Positions 63,521 through 64,000 of a stretch of DNA of 64,000 nt are shown here, piece by piece. A program made the translations under genes and the position numbers. The notes beneath the pieces are model-generated. The model did not search any database and was not told where the DNA came from. It saw nothing but the letters and a program-made list of their open reading frames with translations. Source of the DNA: Oculina patagonica (taxonomy: Eukaryota); contig NC_135764.1 of assembly GCF_052425735.1 (NCBI RefSeq), forward strand, positions 19,282,001 through 19,346,000, given 5' to 3'. Position 1 is the stretch's first letter. Each line of letters begins with the position of its first letter.

Positions 63521-63781
63521 TTAGATATCTAATTCACGATCTACCGGCCTCATTAACAACAAGGCCCGTCAACGAGCAATCAGATGGACACACGACAGCC
63601 AGATGATTCATGTGTTCAGCACCTGTTATGCTCTAGAGGAAAGGCTTTTTACTCTCATTTCCTTTCTCCTACGCCCAGCAGTATAAATTTGTACTACTAG
63701 TAAATTCTTCGGGCACCTGTCAAAGTGCTTTTCAGTAAGGATAGCATCCCTTCCAGGGGCAGTGTAAATAAACTCTTGGTC
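57260..63781 (-). CDS. Unidentified protein-coding gene, last six exons (5' part lies outside the window)
   Basis: Phase-consistent exons 63717-63781, 59373-59456, 58676-58803, 58191-58307, 57696-57763, 57260-57376. They give DQEFIYTAPGRDAILTEKHFDRQGRVFARLMVQGF...LRKFLLNVQWGIRYFIRATP...LSHWTSQLLNCTW...GDLHFIGVAMLLLSLHKLH...LLNQDLFLQPN*. Poly(A) signal near 57130. Confidence 0.75.
62519..62844. mobile_element. Palindrome of two head-to-head tRNA-derived repeat units
   Basis: Arms 62519-~62680 and ~62692-62844 are reverse complements with mismatches. Pseudo-tRNAs at ~62580-62657 (-) and 62712-62790 (+) carry TAGCTCAGTTGG and GGTTCGATTCC boxes. Confidence 0.8.
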
Positions 63782-64000
63782 CTTTAATCGTACGGAAACC
63801 GGGGTTAAGTCGCGTACTTTGCTCCTTTATGTTTTAGAAACTAGCCTGATTTGAAAAGTTTTGGAGAACGTAATCAGCGAGGTAGTAAGTACCCGCAAAC
63901 GAATAAACTAATTTGAGTTTAATTGTTTCGTTTTTACTCCCATGAGACTCTTAATTGTCCGTTCAGCATAGATTAAAACGGAAAACATTGCTAGGACACT

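Overview
AT-rich, intron- and MITE-rich animal genomic DNA, probably from a stony coral or other cnidarian (inferred from repeat families and gene structure, not proven). From left to right: (1) the 5' half of a decayed Mag-type Ty3/Gypsy LTR retrotransposon (minus strand, 1-2226). (2) A tandem pair of paralogous genes with intronless coding regions (7881-9467 and 17147-19106). Both encode an unusual architecture: Ser/Thr-rich N-terminus, HPD-less DnaJ-like domain, ankyrin repeats, and a PARP/NEURL4/Gig2-type ADP-ribosyltransferase-like domain. Copy 2 begins with a myristoylation motif and carries a 1-nt frameshift. A 1.14-kb foldback transposon with a 10-bp target-site duplication lies between the copies. 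(3) A complete 36-exon WDR60/DYNC2I1 (dynein-2 intermediate chain) gene on the minus strand, 21666-45159. (4) Head-to-head with it, a tau/MAP2-repeat gene that may have an N-terminal transmembrane anchor (46664-55105). (5) The 3' exons of an unidentified minus-strand gene (57260-63781), whose intron holds a palindrome of two tRNA-like units. The J-like/ANK/ART pair is the best candidate for an undescribed system. Exon coordinates were derived by hand, and family assignments rest on motif recognition, not database searches.
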